Source of the DNA: Camelus dromedarius
Lineage: Eukaryota
DNA length: 64,000 nt
Reading direction: 5' to 3'
Assembly (NCBI RefSeq): GCF_036321535.1
Contig: NC_087437.1
Span: forward strand, 111,602,001 to 111,666,000
Shown: piece by piece, positions 34,674 through 48,480 of the stretch
Numbering within the stretch: position 1 is the stretch's first letter
How the letters are laid out: each line of letters begins with the position of its first letter
Position numbers and translations under genes: made by a program
The notes under the pieces: model-generated
Database searches by the model: none
Told to the model about the DNA's origin: nothing
Seen by the model: only the letters and a program-made list of their open reading frames with translations

Positions 34674-37244
34674 AATTCTGGTGGAAAAGCCCACCTGGGA
34701 CAAGGGCCACTATCATCCAGGTAAGCAAGCTGGAAATTATTTCCATTGTTGCCTAACAAGGCAAATGGTATTTGATCACAAAGACATTCCTAGGGGTTTG
34801 AATGGAAACCAAACACTGTCTTATGCTCAAGCAACAACAATACACTAAGTCTACAAAATGGTTATGTTTCTTACCCTGCAGGGGCTTCTGCTATGAGTAG
34901 CCTTTCAGCTACATTTGCTCTAAGCTGTACCACCATCCACAACACAGATACCAGTAGTGGCAGAGCTGGGAGTCGAACCTGTGAGCTCTGAACGTGGAGC
35001 CCGTACAAGGACCCACTGCCCCCCGCTGTGTCTGCCTGCAGGGCAAGCCCGGTCCGTGCAGAGCTGGATGTGCTTCTTTCCAACCTACTACGGAGCTCCC
35101 TTCCATCAGCATACTTCCCTTTCTGATGGCAGAGGACCAGGTAGGAAGAGTGCCTGTCCTGAGAGGGAAGGGAGGAGAAGGCCAGGGGGTGGAGACGGGG
35201 ACCGGGGTCTCTGAAACAAACTAGCCTGCTCTCAGGTAGGGCCCAGGTGGCTGGGTTCCCTGCAGCATTTATTGAAGGCGGCAGCAGAGAGCAGCCTCGG
35301 GGCTTCTGTGGGAACCCAGCACTCTCCAACCTTAGAAGGGAAAATGGTGTCTGCCCTCCTTCAGAAACTGAGTTTATTGCTTTGGATACTTGGAAATTTT
35401 CACACTGAGAACTCCCACGGAGCAGAATTCAATCATTCACAATGCTCCAAGAACCCCCACCCCACCCCCAAATTTTCTCATGCTGCATTCTTCTTTCATA
35501 AAGAGAAAAATATGAATAACAGGGAAACAAACTGAGAGCAAAAAAATTAATTAATTAAAACACGTATTTAAGAAAACATTAAAGAATGTCAAGGAACCAG
35601 TATAGGCTGAACTCAATATCCTGAAATCCTACATCTCATGTAAATAGGTTATGAGCTTTAGAGTCAAAGTGGACTTCAGCCTGCAGCATTTTCACTTTGC
35701 AGACTCGAGAAAAAGGAGAGGCAGGGAGGTAAACACCTCTGTGGGTGGCTGTCTGTCGGGAGCAGGATACAGACTCTTGCACTTGATGCCTTTGACCTTG
35801 GCTGGTCTGCTATACAGACACCAGTTTTGAGCCCATATTCTTAAAGACCTCCTTCCATCTGCTTCTGGGCCAAACATTCCCCACATGGCCTTTCTAGTGC
35901 CCTCCCCTTCCCAGCTTTCACCGTCCTCAGTAAGCAGACTCTTTGCTATTGATGTGGCTCTTTGGTGCCACCTCTATAAACAAACCACCATTTGTTGCTT
36001 TCTAAAAATAAGCCTTTTTAGCTCTGGACACCATTCTGCCTCACTGTCCTGAGTTGAAAGATTGGTTTCTTTGCAGCTGACAAATGGTGACTTATGTCTT
36101 CTTGGAGCAGCTGCAGCCCATCTTTGTTGAAAGCCCCAGAGCCTTACCTGGATGGCCCAGGTGAGAGGACAGGGTTGGGGCTGGGTTTAAATGCACAGCA
36201 CACAAACATCGTCCACAGCAGGTTTGGCTATGTGGGAAGGGAAGTGGCCAGGAAGAAGAAAAACAGGGATGTAATTTGGAGCTGGAAAGAAGGAACAAAG
36301 TTGCTTCAAAAGTAGAGAAAAACAAAAGGCAGAAACTTAGGTATGTAATTTACAATGTGCTACAAGGATGCCTCTCACACGAAGGATGCGTGTTCCAGGT
36401 ACAGAGATACGTCTCAAACTCGTGTGCAGGAAGGGCCCAGATTGCCAATGCTGCCATCATAAAGAAAGGAAGAACACTTTAATTTGACTCATTCTTGGCA
36501 TTCATCCCCTAATCGCTGTGCCTTTGCAGTTTAAGAGGGCTTCAAATCCTGCCGCAGACGATCTGTGTGAGTTGGGTTGTTGGTTTCCGCACCTGAGACA
36601 TGGAGGTACTGGTAGTGCCTTGCCAGCTTCATGGGCGTGTGGCCTCTGCAGTTGCTCAGGGCCCTGTGCTCAAAAAGCGCATGCTTGGTTCAATGTCCTG
36701 CAGTCACTATCTTAAAATTCTTAATCATTTTTGAACAAGGAGCCACGCATTTTCGCTTTGTGTTGGGCCTGTGAATTATATAGCTGGTCCCGGTTAGAAC
36801 CCCAGAGTTTAAGTATTTGATTGTATCATATTTTCAGAGATGGAAATGGAAGTGGGGAGTAATTGGCTTCCATTTGTTGGGGGCACAAAAAGACTTGAAA
36901 GTATGAGGACCAGAGAGGAAAATAAATGGAATTTTTACATTTTTCTTGCAAGATTCCAAAATTCTTGAAGAGATCAGATTAGGACTAAGATCTGATTTAA
37001 CAGGGAGCAGCTGAGGGGCAAAGCAGACAGCAAGCAGGGGCTTGTCCTCCAGGCTCCTCACTCAGCCAGTCACACCACGCTCTCCCGCCTTCCCAGACAT
37101 TGTTCCAATTTGGCCACATTCCCCTTCTCTCTGGTCCTGTAAAGCCCAGCCCAATGCACAGTCATAGCCTCCAGGCTACCCTCCCCTCCTGACCATCTCC
37201 CTGGACCCAATTTGTTGTCATTGCTTGATCTTAAAAAAAAAAAA

Positions 37245-37765
37245 AGGCTTTATAGAGATATAGTTCACATACCACACAACTCACCCATTTGAAGCATAGA
37301 GTCCAGTGGTTTTTGGCATATTACATTTTTTTTGAAGTCATGGTAAATAATATAAAAATTGCCATTTGAAGTGCATAATTCAGTGGTGTTATTACATCCA
37401 CAGGGTTATGCAGCCATCATCACCATCTATTTCCAGAACTTTTTCATCACCCTAAACAGAAGCCCTATCTATAAATTTGTCTATTTTAGCTATTTCATGT
37501 AAGTGGAATTATACAGTATTTATCATCTGTCTCTGGCTTATTCCACCTAGCATAATGTTTTTAAGGTTCATCCATGTTGTACCATGTATCAGAAGTTCAC
37601 TCCTTTTTAAGACTGGATAATAGTCCACATTTTGTTTATCCATTCATCCGTCAATGGACATTTGGGTTGCTTCCATCTTTTGACTACTGTGAATAATGCC
37701 CCTGTGAACATGAGTGCACAAATATCTCTTTGAATCCCCACTTTCAATTCTTTTGGGTGTATAAC
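37245..37765 (-). mobile_element. L1 3' region (L1MB-like), antisense
   Basis: CCATTCATCCGTCAATGGACATTTGGGTTGCTTCC and AAGGTTCATCCATGTTGTA motifs. Confidence 0.8.
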
Positions 37766-38161
37766 CCCCAGACCCACTGTTGACCGCCCCAGTCCAGATG
37801 CCCTGAGCAGCCAGTCATCTTTTACCAGCATACTGCTGACTGCGTTACTTGTCTGTTTACAACCCTCTGCTGGCTTAACATGGAAATGCTCACAAGGGCT
37901 AAGGATAAAGATGAAAGTGCTCACTAAGGTGTCTGGGTCCCTGAGCTCTGGCAGCTGACCTCTCAACGTCCCCTTGCCCTGCCCCCTTTCTCTTTGCTCC
38001 ATCTCCTCCAGGCTTCTCTAGGAGCCATGCTTCTTTTGGATTTCATGTAGGCTGGTCCCTTTTCCTAAGATGCTCATCCTCCCCAAACACCTAGCTTTTG
38101 TTTGGCCAACTCTTATGATCTTTGTCACCTATCTTGTCTTTTTCCCCCCAACTTTATATTC

Positions 38162-38229
38162 TTTTTTTTTTTAAATGGAGATACTGGGATTGAACCCAGG
38201 ACCTCGTGCTAAGAACACACTCTACCACC
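38162..38229 (-). mobile_element. Truncated tRNA-derived SINE
   Basis: ACTGGGATTGAACCCAGGACCTCGTG preceded by a T tract on the plus strand. Confidence 0.75.
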
Positions 38230-39029
38230 CATCTTCTCTTAAAAAGATGCCTAACACCTCCTTCCCTCCATCTGGTCTCTCCCACGGCCCCTTGTCCTTT
38301 ACGTGGCATTACCTGCTCAGTGTCCGTCTTTCTTGCTGTAACAATGACTAATATTGACTGAGCACCTACTAACTAGTTCCAGACTCAGATCTACCCATGT
38401 CACCTGTACCAACTCATCAAATCGTCACAGTAAGCCTGATGACTACAGATAGGGAGGCCTGGTGGTGCTGTCACAGTTAGTAACAGTGCCCACACGGTTA
38501 TCTGGAAGGCAGCACATTCCTACGGGACAGTGGTGGCAGCCCCCAGCCCTGAGGGAGCATGGTTCCCTTCCTGTGCCACTGTCCCCAGCTCCCAGCAGAG
38601 GATTGGACACATAGGTACCTAATTCACATCTAAAGTAGATGGATGAATAGAATGGAACTACATGAGGGAACTGCATTTTGAGTTACTTACTGAATGGCTC
38701 CTAAGTGCTAGGCATCCTTACCCACCCTCCCTGCCTCAGTTTCCTCAACCTAGAAAATGCGTAAGAATACTTATGTCCAAGGGTTATTGAGAAGGTTGAA
38801 TATTTTAGTAAGAGTTTAGAAATCATTGTGCCTGTCAGATTGGGTCCCACTAACAAATACTGATCCTTGCATTTGCCACCCGGGCCCCCTCCTCCAACCC
38901 CAAGAGAGGGAGGAAGTGGCCCGAATCGCAATTCCCCTGACCCTGCCCCTGCTGGAGCACCGTGTGGGACGCATGACGTCCAGCCCTCCGGGATCCTGGC
39001 GACCCACGTCTAAGAGGGTCCCACAGCGA

Positions 39030-40640
39030 GTCTAGGTTTTTCGGGCTCCAGGCCTCCCCACGGCACTCTGCGGCGTTTGTCGTGCGGTTCACAGCCCGCG
39101 GACCCAGTGCGCCCGGTCCCGCCCTTGGGCCTCATCATCTACGTTTCCGCGTCAGGCCCGCCGCGAACTTGGCAGGCCCTCCCGCGGTGTTCGGGAACAC
39201 TTTGTGCCGAGCGCCCGGCCGGCCCTCCTCCCGCCCGCCGGCGCCGCCTGGCCCGGCCGCCGCGCGCAGTCCGCCGGGTCTGGGTCGCTGGACCCCAGGT
39301 ACCGCACCCCTCGGCGCACAGCCAGGGAGCCCCCACGCCCATGTCCCAGTTTCCCCGAGCCCGGGCCGTGCAGTCCGCTCCTCGCCCATGGGCTGGGCGT
39401 CCAAACGTGGGTCATAGCGCGCGTAATCGAGAGGTTCAGAAAGATGCTGTGGCCCATTTTAAAACAAAGCCTAATTATTAGCGTTCGGAGGCTGTTTGTG
39501 CGGGTCCAGTGTCAGATCCTTTGAGCGCCATGGACAACCAGTATCCAGAAGAAAAGTAGTCGCAGCGAAGAGAAATCGGCTCTGGAGCCATCTGACCCGT
39601 TTTGAGCAGAACGTCCCCTTCTCCTCCCCGGCCCCCGCAGCCGTTCAGGTCCTGGCTCAGTTAGCTTCGGCGTTGGGCGATGCTCTGGGTCTCAGTCTCC
39701 TCTCCTGTGAAATGGGGATAACTGTGCGTGCTCCATGATTCTGCAAGTGGAGCGCGGTGGGTCAATGATGCAGTCCCACGCCTCCAGGACCCACCTTCCT
39801 GCGGCCCCCACCCCGGCCTCGGCCCCACCCCGGAGCTCCCGGGCTCAACCAGCGGCGCTGGCTCCAAAGTGCGTCACGGGCACCGGCCGCGTTCCTCCGG
39901 CGGCCAGGGCGAGGCTGGCACGGGGCCAGCGCGGGCCGGGCCAGGGGTGCCCAGCCGACTCGGGGGCGGGGACCCGGGCGTGGAAGACGCTCAGGTTGCG
40001 CTGCCCTCGGCGCGCTGTTGGGGGCGCCCTCCGTGGCCGGCAGCGCGCCAGGGGTCGGCCTCCGCAGTCTCTGGGCGCGAGAGGCTACACTTTCCCTTCG
40101 CCCCCACCTCGTTTCCTCCCGCGCGGCCGCAGCGGAGATTTCCTCTCGGGGAAACTACGCGGATCCTTCCCGGGGCTCCTCGCCCCGCCCCAGTTCCCCG
40201 CCCCCTCCTCTTTGCTGGGGAGCCGGTGCTGGCCCACGCCGGGGAGGAGGCTCTGGCAGCCTGGGCCAGGAGGTGGCAGGGGGCCGTGGAGCCGCTGGCT
40301 ACCGCCCCGCCCCGCCATGTGACGCCGCCCGCCGCCCAGCGACCCCCTGCGCGTCCCGGGCCCGCGCCCGAGCTCGGTCGGGCTGCGCACCATGCTCCTG
40401 CCAGGACAGGCGCCCCCGCTGCCCGTGCCCCAGCCGGCACAGCATCCCGGCCTCCGCAGGCAGGTAGAGCCTCCTGGGCAGCTCCTGCGCCTCTTCTACT
40501 GCACTGTCCTGGTCTGCTCCAGGGAGATCGCAGCGCTCACGGACTTCTCGGGTAAGAAGCGACCTCCCTCGCTGTGCGCCCCCGGTACCGCGGTGCGCCC
40601 AGGTGAGCCCTCGGTTGGGGGCAGGCACCCGAGAGGGCAC
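39030..40640. promoter_or_regulatory. CpG island(s) / promoter of EVA1C (two GC-rich blocks, ~39030-39430 and ~39780-40640)
   Basis: Dense CpG and multiple GC boxes (e.g. CCGCCCCGCCCCGCC at ~40302) directly upstream of and over EVA1C exon 1. Confidence 0.85.
40392..40551 (+). CDS. EVA1C: EVA1C coding exon 1 (160 nt; MLLPGQAPPLPVPQPAQHPGLRRQVEPPGQLLRLFYCTVLVCSREIAALTDFS); exon 2 not found in the window
   Basis: CACCATG Kozak context. Translation matches the recalled EVA1C/C21orf63 N-terminus (QHPGLRRQVEPPGQLLRLFYCTVLVCS..ALTDFSG). G|GTAAGA donor. Expected neighbour of URB1. Confidence 0.93.
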
Positions 40641-43600
40641 AGTCGGACTGGATTAAACTTGGGTCGCGCTCAGAGCCAGTTTTCTTGCCTGGCGTGAGCC
40701 TTTAACAGAGAAGTAGGTGCGTGTGGACTGGTGGCAGGGAAGTCCTTCTAGAAGGAAGAGTGGGTAGGGTATTTGGAGTTTCTCTCCCCGTGAGTTGACC
40801 TCGTCAATTCGCAGTGTCAGGAACCCTGCTCCCACGGTTGCGTGTCCGCTTGAAGCACCTTAAGCTGAGCTCTGTGCGGCGCTCAGCGCTGTTGGTACAC
40901 GTGTTGTGGTCCAAGGAGTTGCACTTGGTTTGCTATCCGCCTAGTCCGGGTGTGCCCCAGCCAGCCTCTAGGGTGCCCATGTAAGGAGACCAACCCAGAG
41001 GGACACTTGACCTGAAGTCTGCGCCGACAGCAGAGGGAAGCCCAAGTGGATGGGAGGTCTGGTCGAGATGCAATGAGAAATGAGAAGAAGCTTATGGAGC
41101 AGAGCGGAGACTCAGGGGTAGGACTTCACCGCCCAAAGTTACCAGCATCTGCCCCCTCCAGACCCAACCGCCTTAAAAATTGATGACTTCCCCCATCCAG
41201 TAAACGTTGAGGCTTTTTTTTTTTTTAGGGGACTGGGACCAAGGCTCCCGCTGCTGATCTCAGATAGTTCTGGGGTTGTAGGCGTGGCGCCGCAAAGAGA
41301 GAGAAGTTTCTAGGTTGATGAGGGCTACAGGAGCTGCATTCTTCTGTTACTGGTTGCGCTTGCTGAGAGTAACAACGTCTCTGCCATTATATCAGACCCG
41401 GGTCTCCCTCTGGCGAGGCTGGAGGCCTTTCACCCTTTCCTCGCCCCTGCCCAGCCCAGGAAGCAGCTCTGAACCCTACTCTTTCCCCGCACCCCCCGCT
41501 TCTCCAGCATCTTCTGCCAAGTCCAGGCTTCCCGTATCCCTGCCTGAGGGTCTTTTGCAATATAATCACGGTAAACGGGAGTCACTCCTCAGCCCTGTTT
41601 GTGCAGTAGACTAGTACATGGCAGGGAACACTGGCAAATCAGAAGCTGAGTTGGGTTTCTAGTTTACTTACAGAGAATGTCATTGTTAGCTGAAAGCCCT
41701 TGGGTCAGAGGTTCTTTGCTTTGAATATTTAATATCAAGGCAGCGTTTCTACCTAGCAAAGGAAGCCAAGATATGCCTATTTGGCAAGGAAACTGTGGTC
41801 CTTAAAATCGTGCACCACAGGGTCAGAGCGCTGTGGTAAATGTGCTAGGAAAATGCTGAATTTCAAGTGCTATCGACTTTTTTTTTCTGCAATAGAACTT
41901 TCTTGGCTGCTAGAAAAGTTTTGTCTTTGCTGATTTAAGCTATGGAAAACAGTTCTGAATTCAGCCACAGTCTGGGTCTGAATATTGTTAAGGAAAGAAC
42001 TGAAAGCTGACAAGCCCTTCTTTTGTGACATCATTGTAACTGAACAAATATTGCTTTAGGTAAATTGCGGTGTAACCATTAGATTGTTTTCACAGATTAT
42101 AGACACTTAAGAGTTTGTTTCTTTAGTGCAGCGGTTGCAATCCTTGAAGCAGTCTATAGGTTACCACCCAAGTTTGGAATTGTCTGTATGTAGCAGCAGT
42201 TACAGAGGGTGAACTTGATTTATCAAACTGGGCCGCTCTACCCTGGGAAATGGATGTTTTCATACGTGTTCTTTATTTATTTACTTTTTAAAAAAAATTT
42301 TGTTTTTTATTGAAGCATAGCTGACTTACAATGTTAGGTTCGGGTGTACAGCAAAGTGAATCAGTTATACATATACATACACCTATATAGTTTTTTTTTC
42401 AGAGTCTTCTCCATTATAACAGATACACTCTTTTAAATGACATAAATGTCAAGAGGGATTTTCTTCTCTTCTCGGTGGGAACCTGAATTCCGGGGTTTAA
42501 AACTCCCTGAGCCAGTGGTCGGTCGGTAGTGATTTTGCCAGGTCCATCCACAGGGAGACTCTGTGTTGCCTCTGGTCAGCCTTGCTCAGTGTGAGATCTG
42601 AAAACCAGGGAGAAAGTGTCAGGGAGCCTTTTGGGGAGAAGAAAAGAAAAATAACCTCCTCTTAAACCACAGACACTCACACTGAGATCTAAAATCTATC
42701 TTGTGGGGCATTGGGGAAATATTAGAAAAGGCTCAGGGAGAAAGAGGAAGTCTTCCAAAGTTGATGAATTTGACTTGAAACTTGATGAACCTTTAGGGAT
42801 CCCCTAAACATGTGACATATAGCATCGAGGGAAATTCCTAAGCTCCAAAGATGAGTCTGAGGGTTCAGATGAGCTGAATGTTTTAGTTGAAGCAGTGGAT
42901 CCTGATCATGTGACTCCAACATCTTTCCCCCTCCATCCTTCACACACACACCCATCACCCCATCCTGGCCTCAAAGCCTGATGCCTGCTTTCCTGGGGAC
43001 AGGCAGTCTTGTTCCTTTTTATGAACTTGGAGGGATATGCAGAATGTAGTGCTTGTAAAGAGACAGTGTACCCTCCCCCGAAGAGCCTTACAGTAGCTGA
43101 GCTCAGGAGAGCAGCATTTGACAATGCCCTTAGTTGCTTGTTTTTCTAAACAAGAAAACATCAAAAACCAAAACAGAGGGAGGATGGAGGGAACTTGGGA
43201 CCCCTTTAACCTTCATGAAGAAGGGAATGGAGGAAGGATGGTGCATCCAGGTGAAAGAAAGTGCTGGAATGAAAGGGGTCCCAGCCACTGTCTGTACAGA
43301 CTGGGGGCTCCGAGGAGATTAGCAGTGCAGGGTTTTGGAAAGTTACTTCAGCCTTTCTCTTCTTTGCACCTCTTCCTTGAGTTTTTTCCTGAGGCTGTCA
43401 GCTGGTGTAGTTTTCCTGGGTCATTGATTTTTTTTGCCCCCGGAGATTCCAGCATCGGATCTCACTCTTAATAAGCCAGAGCCTGCATCAGGGCCTCCTC
43501 CCCCCACGGCTCGTGACTTGTGCTAATCACCTCCCAGCCCACTAGGAAACAGGCTCCCCAGGCACCCCCTTCCCTCTCATCCCTGAAGATATTGAGATGC

Positions 43601-44542
43601 TGCCAGCGGCCACTGAAAGGCTATCATCACTGCATTAAAAACGCATCCCAGGAAGGCAAGAACAGTTCATGCAAAATTAGTGCCTCTGATCCTTAATCCC
43701 GTGTGCAAATGTGCCTGGCTTTCATCCATCTTCCTCTTTGGGATAGTCTTCTGTTCTTTTGACTGCATTCCCAGATTGAGGATTTGGCCTGAGAGGTCCA
43801 AACTGATCATTGATTTTTTTTTTAATAGAAGTATAATGTCAGCATCATCTTTGTTCAAAGAACAAGGAGGGGGTGAGGGCAGAGGAGCGGGAGGGGTCCC
43901 ATTTTGGGTTCCAGCCATAAAAAGCTAAGGATCCTCTACACTTGGTCCCGCTTGAGAGTGATGTTTCAGTGTGTCTCTGAACTGAATTTCCCATGTCCCT
44001 CAGGTCTTGTTCTTTTTTTTTTTTTTTATGGTTTTACTCTCTGCTGTCTCTCTCCTCTCTTTCCTTTCTCACTCTTGTGTGTGTTTTTTCTTTCTTCTCA
44101 AAGAAGTTCAAAGTGATTGATGGGCTGATGGGGGGGAGGGAGGGAAGGAAAGGATGGAAAATTCATCAAGGCCTCACTCAGATTCCTAGAAAACTCCTGA
44201 CTTTTGACAAAGTAGTCATGACCATATGTTTACACGTTTGGTTTTACCCTAGGGCATGTAGTGGTGAATGTGGGAAGCAGAAGAGAAAGGAAATGAGAAA
44301 CATGGGGAGAGAGGCAGCTTTTAAGGCCTTCCTTGTACCAAAGTGTCCCCAGACCTCAGAGAAATGGCACCACATGATGGGAGGGGGTCTCCGGGCTGAT
44401 GTCTTCCCCCCTCCATCAGCAGCCCAAGCAAACAAGAAGTGGTGCTTGTTATCAGATCATTCACAGACCAGCAAATAAGCCTGACTCTGGCTCCTTATTT
44501 CATTGGCCAAGAATTTCTGAATGTAGAAAAATGGTCATTCGA

Positions 44543-44684
44543 GGGGGAGGGTATAGTTCAGTGATAGAGCGCATGCTTAGCATGCGTGAGGTCCTGGGTT
44601 CAATCCCCAGTATCTCCATCAAAAGTAAGTAAATAAACCTAATTACCCACCCTTAAATTTAAAAACAAAAAAATTTAAAATAAA
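44543..44684 (+). mobile_element. tRNA-derived SINE (Vic-1-like)
   Basis: Full tRNA-like head and CCTAATTAC tail; TSD AGAAAAATRGTCATTC (44525-44540 / 44685-44700). Confidence 0.9.
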
Positions 44685-44787
44685 AGAAAAATAGTCATTC
44701 AGTTGTTCTTGGGGGCTCGGGGTGGGAACAAGGTCCTGATGGAGGTGCCCCTTTAGGAGGATTTGAACCTTCCTGTTCTGCTCAGAG

Positions 44788-44968
44788 CAGTGGTGGGTCT
44801 CAACCCTGGCTTCACACTAGAATCTTTAGAGTCTCAACAAATGTCTGGATGCTCTAGCAGCAACCCCAGGGCTTCTGATTTAATTGATCTGGGAGACCGG
44901 GACATTGGGCTCTTTTTCAAAGCTCCCCAGGCAATTCTAGCGCGCAGCCAGAGTTGAGAACCACTGCT
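44788..44968. mobile_element. MER5-like hAT element (similar copy at ~55290-55448)
   Basis: CAGTGGT..TCTCAAC ... GTTGAGAACCACTG terminal repeats. Confidence 0.7.
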
Positions 44969-47559
44969 CTGGTGTTCAGAGGGCAGGGCTGCCTCCTGCC
45001 TGTGTGTCAGTTCATCCGAGGGCACACGGGCGGACTGGATCTCCCTCCACCCTCTCACCGCCAGGGAGACTCCAGGATGTATCTTCCCAGCTCTCAGGTT
45101 GCCACTGCGTTCCAACACACAGGTGCGCACACACACTTACACATACATGCATGTGTGCCTATGTGCACACACAGCTCTGCATTTTATCTATGCCTTCGTC
45201 ACATCACCCTTTTCCTCAGGATTGTCTTCACTTTCAAAACTTTTGTGGCATTTACAGCCAGCTTGTAACCAAAGAAAAACAAAGCGAATGTCCGAAGGAG
45301 TTGTCCAGCTGTCACAGAAGAAGAGGGATGAAGAGCTAGTGTCTCAAACGGCTGGTCTGTTTCCATGGAAAGTAACTGCATTTGAAAAGTGTTCTGCCGG
45401 CTCTTTCTGAGGCAGAGAAGAGGAGTCTGAGCAAGCGAGTGGTCCGTTATTGATGGCTTTGGTCTCCCAGGTGCTCTATTGGAAAGGGCAGCCTAGCAGC
45501 CGTTTCAAGGAAGGAATAGTAAGGAAAGGAGTAAAAATTAATTGAGCAGAGTGTTATCTGATTTCATCCTCATGGCAACCCTTTGAGCTAAGTATTAATC
45601 TCACTTTACAGATGAGTACCCATCCTCAGAGGGGTTAGCTAACTAACCCAAGCCCCGCCTCCCCCCTCCCCAGCTAGGAAGCAGAGCAGAGGCAGACCCT
45701 AGGGTGAGCCCAGGGGTGGGGCCAGCCTGAGGGACTCGGCTTATAGGTGCTGAGTGGGGAGCAAGGCCAGGAAAAAAAGGTGCCACAATTGGCTTAACCT
45801 TTCTAGATAGTTCATGGGTTGACCACGGTGGTTTCGCCTGCCCTCTGAGAAGACTGACCTTTTCTCACTCCTTCCTTCAGCGTCTTCTCATCATGGTCCA
45901 TGCAGAGTGGGTTCACGCACAAGGCGACCAGTCGATACAGGAGGAAAATGTTAGAACTTCTGTTCTTTTCTATTTGTTTCTTTTCTATCTTAAAAAAAAA
46001 AAGGAGTTATGTCTTGCTTATAATTAACATATAAGTTGATAGTAGAAGAGTATGTAATTTCTAAATGTACATATATTTAGGAGATGCATTCTTAAAAAGT
46101 TTTTACTGCTGGGGTTCATGATTTTAAAAATTTGAAAGTTACTGATTTTTTCAGCCATCCTGTCAGCACCTTAAAAATTCTTGAAAAAGCACCAGTTTGG
46201 GGGTACCATACACTGAGAGACAACTGCTCCCCTATTATCCAGCCCTATTCCCACCTTGCCCACCACCCCAGTTCCACAACTGCTAGTAAAAATTAGGGGC
46301 AGGATGTGAATCTAGTAACTGTCTTACTGCAAAAATCCATCCTTTTGTCATTCAAGCTAAGTAATGGTTCTGGGAGCCAGGGGTGAGGCACTCTGAACTT
46401 TTGTGATACTCGGCCACTATCTGAATGAGGCTGGTGTGTTTGTATCTTTCTGGCAGGGACTAGCTTCCCTCAATAACATCAGTCCTAGGGTCACTGAGAT
46501 TTTAGTACTGGAAGGAGACTCTCAGATGGGAGGGAGGCTAACCAAGAGATTCTGATCTGTTTTCTCTAAGCTTCTTTCCTAATTCTGCTACCCTTTGGCC
46601 GGCCCCTGTGTGTGCACCCTCTCAGTTAAAACTCTGACCCAGCATAGGGGTAACTTCTCTACTTGGTTCCCTCAGCACAAGTGAGAGAAATTAGTGAGTT
46701 AAAAATGCTGTGGTGGATCAAGCACATAAAGCACTCTGTGCCAGACAGTGTTCTAAGAATGTCATGTTCATTAACTCATTGAATCCTCACATCACTGCAA
46801 AGGGGATGGCATTACAATAAGTGGAAAAAACTGAGGCAAGAGAGGTTAAGTAACTATTGGGGAGTTGAACACAGACAGCATCTCTAATACCAAAACACAT
46901 AAATTACAAGTACTTTAAAGCAGTGCCCCTCCTGTAAGTTTTAGCTCTTAATCTACCAGACCCAAATCTTTCCCAGGACATACAGGTATTGTCCATTCCA
47001 CATCGTGTCTCACGATAGCACCATTTAGCCCCAAATAACTGATTACAGTGTAGGATCTATAATCCATTTCTGGAAATATGGTGAAACTGGTGTTCTGAAA
47101 TTATTTCCCTAACAAAATACCTAGAGCTGCTGAATGAAATATAATAAACATCGTTTAAATGCACGAGTGAGTGACTAAATGCAAGGAATAGCCTTGTAGG
47201 GAACAAAAATGAAGGGGGACATCAGAGAACCAAAGAAGTTAGCTGGCACTGACCCTATGACTACACGGGGGCCTTTGATGGTCTTTACAACCAGATTTAA
47301 TAGGTGATCGAGGGCAAGAGACTACGCATTAGACCAATGTCAAGTGAGGAATTGGAATAAAGCTCTCTGCATAAGGCTGGGACCTGAAAGGGCTAAACAT
47401 TCATAAAAAGATGGAGGAGAAAAGAAAGATGACAAAGAAACATCTCAGCCTGGGTTTGGGGTTGGAGGGAAAAAAAATTATCTCCCTTAAGAACATGTAA
47501 CCACAGGTCTGCCTTTTCAAGAGTCCGGGTTTTGAATTCACATGTCCTTTACCAGGAAA

Positions 47560-48480
47560 CCCAAGCTGAGAAACTAAAAAAGTTGTCCCAGGTTCCCAGG
47601 GTACCTGGGAAAAATACACTAATACTCCTTGCATAGAAACATCAACACAGGCCCCACAGGATTCCAATAGATAAAATTCTGCTGATTATGAACACACAGT
47701 CCAAAGTTACGTTATATGAACAACAGTCAGCAGCAAAAACAACAGAGTTTTTAAATAAATAAAAGAGGGAATCTAAAACATGAGGAAGGAATGAAAGGCT
47801 GTCAAGAAAGACCAGACATATTCTTAAAAGAACCAAGTATATCTACTAACATGAAAAATACATTCATCGAAGTTAGAAGCTTGATGGATAGATTAGATAG
47901 AGGTGAAGAGAGAAATAGTGAACTGGAAAATAAAGCTGGAGAAGTCATCCAGAATGTGGCAAAAGATATAAAGACATGGAACAAAGTTTATAAGACATGG
48001 AGGATCAAATGACGGTTCAACATATATTAGATCAGCATTCCAGAAAGATAGAATAGGAAAAATGAGGAGGAGGCAATACTCAAAGTGATAATAACTTAGG
48101 ATCAAATTTCAAGAGTCGATGAAAGATTCACATTCAAGCATCCCAAGCAAGATAAATAAAAATAAATTTATACCTATCATATTAAAACTATAAAATACTA
48201 AAGCAAAGTGATAGTCTTAAAACAATCAGAGAGGAAAAAATAATTTCATCTGTAAGGACTTTGCCATATCAACAAGAGCTAGAAGCCAGTAAAACATTTC
48301 CCAGATTCTGGAAGAAAACAAAAAAAAAACCCAAAAACCTGTCACTGCAGAGCTATATACCCAGCTAAACTATCTTCATGTGTGAGTGTAAAATAAGGGC
48401 ATGTTTACCACTAATAAAGCCTGACTGAAAGACCTGCCAAAGGACCCCGAAGGACACTGTGTCTAGAAGGAAGGATTAAG
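47560..48480 (+). mobile_element. Old L1 5'/ORF1-region remnant
   Basis: GAAGAGAGAAATAGTGAACTGGAAAATA, CCAGAATGTGGCA and TATACCCAGCTAAACTATC are typical L1 ORF1 remnants. Boundaries approximate. Confidence 0.65.

Noticed and set aside
34875..34924. Exon-like segment on the minus strand (CAG...GG|GTAAGA)
   Set aside because: Poor polypyrimidine tract, no partner exons and no recognisable product.
39728..40555. 275-aa ORF and other long overlapping ORFs upstream of or over EVA1C exon 1
   Set aside because: Pro/Ala/Arg/Gly-rich translations in several frames are expected in a stop-poor CpG island; only the 40392 frame matches a known protein.
44543..44620. tRNA gene call for the GTATAGYTCAGTG...GGTTCAATCCCC motifs
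   Set aside because: Multiple diverged copies with A-rich tails and target-site duplications; these are tRNA-derived SINEs, not tRNA genes.
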